Of a stretch of DNA of 64,000 nt, positions 48,828 through 64,000 are shown piece after piece. The first letter of the stretch is position 1. Every line of letters begins with the position of its first letter. The position numbers and the translations under genes were made by a program. The notes beneath the pieces are model-generated. The model searched no databases. It was given only the letters and a program-made list of their open reading frames with translations, and was not told the origin of the DNA. This DNA comes from Lama guanicoe (lineage: Eukaryota), in the NCBI GenBank assembly GCA_013239625.1, contig MU054117.1:498001-562000 (forward strand). The letters are read 5' to 3'.

Positions 48828-49104
48828 CCCGCGCGGCGCCCCGGCTCCGGCCGCGGCTCCGGAGCCCGGGAGCGCGCGGGGCGCGGCCCTTCGGGGAGGA
48901 CGCGGGCCGCGGGTCGCCCGTCCTCCGCAGGTGCAGCCGGGGGCCCGGGCTCCGCGAGGCCTGCCGCCCGCGAGGACGGACGCGTGAGGTGTGCGCCCGG
49001 CCCCGGCTTTCCGGACGGAGAGTGGGAGGAGGGGAGAGAGGGGCACCGGCTTCAGACGCGAGTCCTGCCCCGCCGTTTGTGCCTGTTTGACGCGGGGCAA
49101 ATTA

Positions 49105-49328
49105 CAGTCGCCCCTCGGTATCCGCGGATGCCGGAGTCCCACGGCCCCCGTATCCGCGGGTCCCGCATCCGCGGATTCACTAATGCCGGATGGCGCGTGA
49201 AGTTTGTGGTCGGCAGTGGGAGAACCCGCTACGCGGACGCCCCGGATCCCAGGGCCCGACTGTACAGTTACGGGGAAACCCGCCTCTCGGTGGACCTGGG
49301 CAGCTCAAGCCTCTGTTCAGGCGTCACG
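49105..49328. mobile_element. Tigger-derived MITE (MER2/MER8-like) within the CpG island
   Basis: TA-cagtcgcccctcggtatccgcgg...ccgcatccgcggattca...gggcccgactg-TA; flanking TA. Confidence 0.65.
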
Positions 49329-51462
49329 TACTTCACTCTCTAAGCTCGCTTTCCCGCGTGTGTGCCAGGCACGTTCCTTCCCAGGCAGTGTGTTTGTGAG
49401 ACTATCCAGGGGGCACTGTGTGATACAGACACAGGACTTGGCACTGTGTGACTGCACATAGTAGGCTCTCTGAAACGTGGAGCTGGTTGGAGTAGACAGT
49501 GTCCTGGACGGTAGTCGTAATGCTGTTGCTGCAAACATACCAAACCAATTCCAGATCAGTCGCAGTTAACGCAGAGGAACATCTTCGTGGTCCCTTCATT
49601 TTAAACTAATCTTAAAACCACACATTTTCTACTGCCACAGACAGGAACTTTAATTAGGCAATCTGGCCTATTACCCAGGATTAGTTTTTCTTTTTAAATG
49701 AGATGATACTGAAAAATCAGAATATAGATACAGAAGAGAATAGAAAAAAGAAAAAAGCATGAAAAGAAATCTAACCCTTTCTCCTTTTCTCTAGAAACTT
49801 CACTTTAAAAACAAATTAATAGACTATTTGTTAGAGCAGTTTTACTTCTTCAGAGAAACTGAGCAGAAAGGGAAGAGAAGCCGCGCATACACACCCTCTC
49901 TCCTGGTTTTCCCTCTCAACAGCTCATGGTGGCATGTTTGTTACAACTGTCAGGGACCTTTACTTGCTGGGTCGCTGGGTGCCTGGTTCTCTGTGTGTGC
50001 GTGTCTGGGGGTCGGAGCTGGTGATGGCGCACTGCCCAGCAGTGGACAAGGGGGCCTTGAGAACATTGCTGAACTGCCCTGAAACTTGTTCTAAGCAGCA
50101 GGGTCTGTGGGGTCTCATGTCTGTGAGAGCAGACCTTGTGCCTCTTTAGGATGTGGCCACTAGCTAAGACCGTGTGGTTGAATTTTGCAGTCATTAGCAC
50201 AGATCAGCTGTTTAATTTTTTTTAAACTATGTGAGTTTTCAGAAACCCAACAACTGAACAGCATGAACCCACAGACCCTTCTTCTAGGCTCAGCCGCTGT
50301 TAATGTTTTGTCACAATTTCTTTACTTATCACCCTGCCCACTTTTTTTTTTATTGGTTCTAAGATTTTAAAACAAATCCCTGGTTTCTTGTCATTTCAAC
50401 CCTAAGTTCTCTGTGTGTGCCGCTAAGAAAATCAGGGCATTCTGAGCATAACCACGATGAGCAGGCAGTGAGAGTGGCCTGACCTAAATGGCAGCAACAG
50501 AAGGAAAATGGTAAACAGATCGGGTTGGATTTTTCTAACAGTTGAAAACCATCTTGTATGTTGACAGCTCATAATAAGAAATGGGGTGATTTTTTAAAAA
50601 GAGGGCAGTGTTCAATTTTATAAATCCAAGAAATGCAGATGAGATGAGATAGCCTTTTTTTCCCTTTTAACTTGGAACTTACAAGATGTTTGATTTTTAA
50701 CAAACTCTTTGATCCGTGTGAAAATCATCCCTGGCAAGGATACGAGGGTCCATGCGAGCTGTCATGTTTTTACCATGTCTGCACTCCTTTGGCTTGTTAC
50801 TCCAGCGTTCAAGAATCTAGCTTCAGGAAAAATCTGTAATATGGAAAAGTCAGCAAGCATGAAGAGATTCCTTATTGCATCATCTGTAGTAGCAAAAATG
50901 TGGAAAAACCCCAATGTCCAAAATAGGGGATCCCTAATGTTAGTGGGTTATTCACTCAGAATGTGTGGCCAGAAACGACGTGGTGGGAGGGTAGGGCTGA
51001 TACAGAAGGAAAGCCACCAAGAGGAGGGGAACGGAGCAGAGGGCACAGCACAGAGTCCCTGTGTGCGAGCAGAGGAGTGGGGCCAGTGCCAGCCCTGGGA
51101 AGTTCCTGGAAGGTACGCAGGAGAGGGAACAGCGCTGGGTGCAAGAGGAGACGAGAAACTCAGATTTGTCCTTTATTGTCGGTAGCAATTGAGTGTATTT
51201 TTTCTTTTAACCTTGTGTGTGTTGTTCTGATAAAGCAAAATTTTAAAAGATGGTTGTGAGGCTGTTGTCACATAAAAGCGCTTTATGTCCAGCAGAAAAC
51301 TACACATGAGGGGCGGTCATAGCCACGTGACCAGCGTAAGGCTAAGGAAGCAAGGGAAGGAAGTACTGACCAGAGGTGTTGAAATGCTGGGATTGTTTCA
51401 GAAAAAAATTTCTGTATGTGAATTAGGCAGAAATAATTTTAACAAAGTAAGTATATGCTTAA

Positions 51463-59330
<7,868 letters not shown>

Positions 59331-59685
59331 GCTGTGTGCTGGGCCGGGGCAGGCCACACTGGCTGCTGCTGGCCCGGGTCACGGGGATCGAGGCAGGCCT
59401 GCCGCCTGTGGACGCGGTCACACTGCCGCCTGGAAGAGGACACTGGCTCTCTCTCCCATTGGGCAGGGGCCCCAGGATGGAACCCTGGTAGCGCTTTGGA
59501 GAGAAGCACCAGGGCTTTCTGGGCCCAGTTCCTGCCCCTCTACCTCTGAGCCTCAGTTCCCTCACTTGGAGGATTCGGGAAAACGGGGCGCCGCGTGGCC
59601 TCTGCCTGCTGCTGGCTCCATGTGTAGCTAACACTCGGATACGGCTTTTTATGGTGTTTCAGCTTATTGCCCAGAGATTTCAGCC

Positions 59686-62600
59686 TTATTTTTTCAAGTC
59701 AAAATGATCATAATAAATATTCATTTTCTGTTTCTTGTGAAGTTCTATCTGGAATGTGAAAGTTCCGCGGGAGAAGGATTGTGGGCAAGCAGTGTGGGTG
59801 ACCTTGAGGCTGAGAGAGCAGTGGCATCTCACCCCTGTAAGCTGCTGACATCTCTCCCACCTCTGCCGCCGGCCCCAGCCCACCCCAGTCGGGGCTGCGA
59901 AGCCGTGTTGGAAGAACGAGTCAGGCCCAGCCCCGCCGTCGACGTCCGGCTTCCTGACGTGTGTGTTGGGGGAGCTGTTCCTTCCGTGACTCCAGGAAGT
60001 ATGTTTCTCACCCCCTCCAGCAGCCACCCAGTCCCATGCTTCTAGGTTGGTCTGTCACCCACCATCCCGGTCAGTTCTTGTCCCCGTCCTGCTCCAGCTG
60101 ACACACGCTGGTCACTCCCTTTCTCCTTGAAACACTCTTCGCTGGGCTACACCCCCAACAGCAGCAGGTTTTGGGGGGGAGGGAGCCGAGGAGACCGAGA
60201 CGGAGTGAACGTGTTTCCTGAAGGAGGGAGAGGTGTGCTGACTCCCTGAGCACCAGAGCTCGACCACATCCACGCAGCCAGCCCTCTGCCCCCAGCACCC
60301 GAGACCCGGGCCCTGCAACCCGCCCTTCAGACAGCCTTGCCCGCAGAATAACCCGGGCGGGGGCAGCGCTGTCGAGCCTGTGCCGCTCGGAGTCTGATCG
60401 AATCTGCTGTCTGATCAGGGCCCTCCTGGGACTTCCTCACCGAAGCACAGGTGCCCTGCATCCCACCCCGCCCCACTGCTCACTCCGGCCTCGCCCTGGC
60501 GGTTCCCCTGGCGCACCGTCCTCCTCAAGGACCTGGGATCCTCGCCTCAGAGGCTCCCTCGACCTCCTGTGAAAAGCAGCACTCTGTCCACGTGTCCGCC
60601 GTTCTCTCCACGGCCCTCACATCCCATGACCTGTATTTCCTTCTCTTTCTACGTCTTCCACTAAAAACAAGCTCTGTGGGCTTGGTCTGCATTGGGTCCC
60701 TCGTGTCCCCACACCCACATGCCTGGCACTTGGCAGGACTGTGGACCCTGCACGTCCTCCCACACGGTCCCACGGGCAGACGTGGCTCCTCTCCTTTCCT
60801 GTCCTTGGGCTGGGCCCAGCTCCCCTCTCACAGCCAGGTGGCCTGGGCAGCCTGCTGCCCCCCGGCTCCTCGTGTGGACTGGCGTTGGCCACATGGATCT
60901 CACAAACAGGCCATTTTAGGTATGGCGTGTCATTTAGGATTTGGTTCAGCCGCCTGTTACAGAAGGCTGAGTGTGGTGAGCACTTTCTAAGCATCAGGAT
61001 GTTCAGAGCCGGCATCTCGGGCGTCACGAGGACGCTGCTCCCCTGTCCTGGCGTGTGGGCTTGTCCTGCAGCTCGGCCCCGCGCACGTCCACAGGGAGAG
61101 GGCGAGGGCGAGGCCGGCGGCGCTGGACACCCCTTAGAGAACTTTCCTGGGAGGTCCACCTCGCTGGGGAAGTCCTGACCTGTCCGGATGGCCGTGGTTG
61201 GGTCACGGAGGCGGGCTGGGGGCACCTTGTTGCTCTGGCAAAATCAGGGCGTGTTTGTGAGGAAGGTGAGTGGAACAGACGTCAGGCCCCCAGGACCCGA
61301 GCGCTGAGCTGGTCTCTGTCCAAGTGCCCCCAGGACGCGTCCGACAGGCACCTGGGCCGCTGGGTTGGGGAGCCTGAGTTTCCAGGGCACTTTAGGAGGG
61401 ACGGCATTGGTCCATGCCTCAGAGCCCCTCAGGAGGGACACAGTTCTCACCTGCCCTATCTTACAGGTGAGGGCGCCAGGGCCCACCTTCCTTCTCATCT
61501 CAGAGACACCAGCTGCAGACCCACCGGCGCCCAGTTCCCCGCCACGCCCTGCAGCCCCCAGCCGTCAGCGGCCACACCTGCCCCCATGGAGTTCGCCTTG
61601 TGGTGACCATGGGTCGGGGGTCAGTTGGGAAGTGGAGGGGCTGGGCTGATGGCCGGGCCTCCTGCTCAGCCGTGTTCTCCTGGGACGCGCCCTAGGGACC
61701 CCACTGCCCTTCCTCCAAGCATGGCTTCAGCCCAGGTGAGCCCTCCGTGGGCCCAGGAGGCCAAGTGCGCCAGGTGGAGTGAGGGTGAAGGGAGGAGTGG
61801 GGGGGGTGTGTGCCAGAGCTCCAGGCTGCAGTGATGGGGGCGGGGGCAGCGTCCGCCTCCAGCTCTGCCCCCACCTGGCAGTCGCTCTCTGGCGGTCCTT
61901 TGTCTCCTTTCTCACTCGTTGGTTTCCTGTACGTGGCAGGAGCCATCCCAGACGGGGCTGGAGAGCAGGTGCAGGGCTGAGGGCAGGACCAGGCTCTTCC
62001 TCAGGGACTTTGTCTGGACCACACAGCCCACCACCAGCTGCCTCATGGCTCAGCCCTGACTGAGTGAAAATGTTGCCTTTTGTGTTTTGATGGAGCCCAG
62101 TGAATACAAACAAGACTTTGTGAGTCACTCTGAATAGGAAGTAAGCCAGCGACTGGCCTGGGACAGGACTGAACCGTCAGGTGTTCCCCTGGGTCTTGAG
62201 TCCTCACCTCACACAGAGCAGTTCCTCCGTGTTCCCCGTGGAGGGGGCGGCTTCTGGCCTCCTGAGGATGCCCCTGAGCTGAGGCGGGAGGGGAGCAGGC
62301 GGGGAGCAGGACTCCCAGCGGAGCTGGGGTTGCCGTAGCAACAGGATGCTGCCTCGATGGCGGAATTTTAAAATAGCTCAGCTGTAAGAGCTTTACCCCA
62401 CTCCCTCTGTCGCCTCCCCGGTGCTGAGCGTGTGCTGCCTGCTCTCTGCCTGGGCTCCTGGCAGCTTCTCCGGGGGTGGAGGGGGAGGGCTGTCTCCGGC
62501 TGTGAACTGCTGCGGCTGTCAGGGCTCAACTTCTGCTTCCCGCCTCCTCCAGCTCTTGGTTCCAAAAGCCTTCTGTCATTTTCTCTTTTTTGGGAGGCGG

Positions 62601-62890
62601 AGAAGAGGGGTCTCGTTTGAAACTCCCCATTCCTCCCGCTGTGGCCTGCGCTTCTGCCAGGACAGCCGAAGCAGTCCCGGAGCGCTCTTGGCCGGGGGGG
62701 GGCCCTTCTTGTCTGCTTTCCCCTTTGCTCTTTCTAACGTCCTCCTGGGGCTTCACGGACTCCACGAGGCCCCAGGGTGCGGAATGAAACCCCGCCTCAT
62801 CTTGGAGGACGTTATCCCTGACTTGGCCCTGGACTTGGTCCTGTCAGACTTCAGACATTTTTGTAAGGTTACAGGAATGAAGAAGGTGCT
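59686..62890 (-). pseudogene. Candidate multi-exon decayed gene or lncRNA convergent on HDHD5
   Basis: Minus-strand exon-like blocks with splice signals (62890-62397, 62129-61875, ?-61451, 61234-60617), partly open frames, in-frame TGAs. Confidence 0.35.
59712..59717 (+). terminator. Candidate HDHD5 polyadenylation signal
   Basis: AATAAA about 380 nt after the stop, followed by T/GT-rich sequence. Confidence 0.7.
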
Positions 62891-63349
62891 CTGCTGGCAG
62901 AGCGAAGGGCACACACCAATGGGACAAAGCAGCACAGAGAAACACGGCACAAGTGTGAAAATACGGCTGCACGTGACACATGTGTATTGCTGGCTCCTGC
63001 TCCTGCTCCTGCTAGGGGCTGCTCCTGGCTTCCCCTCCAGGTGGTGACTCCGGGGCCCAGGCACCTTCCATCTGTGATGCTGTCACCTTGAACACATGGT
63101 CCCCAAGGTCACAGTGGAAGAGGGAGGGGGAGGGATGACCATGGAGGGAGTCGGGCGAGACCTGGCCTGGATGTCAGCGCCCTGTCCCTGTCCCCGTCCC
63201 CTGGCCAGGCCCGCGTCCAGCGCCGCTCCCAACAGGATGGAAATGTCTTCCTCTGTCCCTGGGAAAAGGAAACCGGGTCAGTCGGCAGCATCCAGCCTGT
63301 CCCTGCTGCCACACCACTGCTCACTAGGACAAAGGAAATCTGATTTGCT

Positions 63350-64000
63350 TAGTTTTATTTAAATTCATGAATAAGTATTGAAATTTATTTCTGTATGTTT
63401 GTTGAGTTGACCATGAATGTTTTTCTCCTGTAATCTGTTCATTTGGTAAACTGCATTTATAGATTTTTCTTTTTCCGTCTTCAACTCTGCCTTTCATTCC
63501 TGAGATAAACCCTAGCTGGTTTTGCTGTATGTTGCTGTCACTATGAGCTGGAATTTTGTTTAGGAGTTTTTTGTCTGTGTTCATAAATGAGACTGGCCTA
63601 TATATTTAAGCTTTTTTCTACTGCCTTTGTCTGGTTTTGATAACAGTTCTGTGAGCCTTGTAAATAAATGGTGGCACATTCTGTCTTTTCCAGTTTTGTG
63701 GGTCAGTTTGTTTACAGTGAGATTATTGGCGCCTTGAATGTCAGTGGAACACACAAAAGCGTCTGGACCTAGTAAGTTTTCAGGGGAAGACTCCATTACC
63801 GATTCAACTTCTTTAATAATTAAATGTACATTCAGATTTTGCTGCTTAGTTTAGGAAAGTCATATTTTTCTGGGAAATTTTCCACTTTTCTTTAAGTTTT
63901 CAAATAGTGTAACATTGTTCATAGTAGTCTCATCATGAAAAATCTGTTCCTGTGGTTAGCTCTCTTTCATTCCTGTTATTGCTTATTTATGCTTTCATTT
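63350..64000 (-). mobile_element. Old LINE-1 ORF2 fragment
   Basis: Minus ORFs MNTDKKLLNKI...QLGFISGMKG and LGPDAF resemble L1 ORF2. Confidence 0.75.

Larger units (their letters stand above)
48440..49380. promoter_or_regulatory. CpG island, HDHD5 promoter / exon 1 region
   Basis: Extremely CpG-dense, GGGCGG boxes around 48585-48610, about 2.7 kb upstream of exon 2; spans the gap. Confidence 0.85.

Noticed and set aside
48828..48930. In-frame CCGCAG|gtgcag after the gap as the HDHD5 exon 1 donor
   Set aside because: The peptide (PRGAPAPAAAPEPG...RPPQ) does not resemble the recalled HDHD5 leader and the donor is weak; the gap is the more likely location

Overview
GC-rich mammalian genomic DNA, most likely from a camelid, inferred from eight copies of a tRNA-derived SINE resembling the Camelidae vic-1 family. 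The window is syntenic with the human cat-eye-syndrome region (22q11.1) and holds two intact + strand genes. ADA2/CECR1 has nine coding exons (21084-35831) giving 510 aa. HDHD5/CECR5 has exons 2-8 at 51604-59330, and its first exon is probably hidden in the N gap at 48611-48827 inside a CpG island. The rest is introns and intergenic DNA with L1 fragments, ERV1/MER34-like and MaLR LTRs, MIRs, DNA-transposon MITEs, several CpG islands and two assembly gaps. The main observations are: (1) a previously unexplained multi-exon, exon-like unit on the minus strand (about 59.7-62.9 kb) converging on the HDHD5 3' end, possibly a decayed gene or lncRNA; (2) an Asp-to-Asn change next to the ADA2 zinc-binding HxH motif, plus other lineage changes; (3) a minor-spliceosome (U12) intron in HDHD5; (4) an intronic CpG island in ADA2; (5) a candidate ETS/IRF element upstream of ADA2; and (6) a probably spurious gap. 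Comparisons with human proteins and repeat families are from recalled sequences, not from searches.
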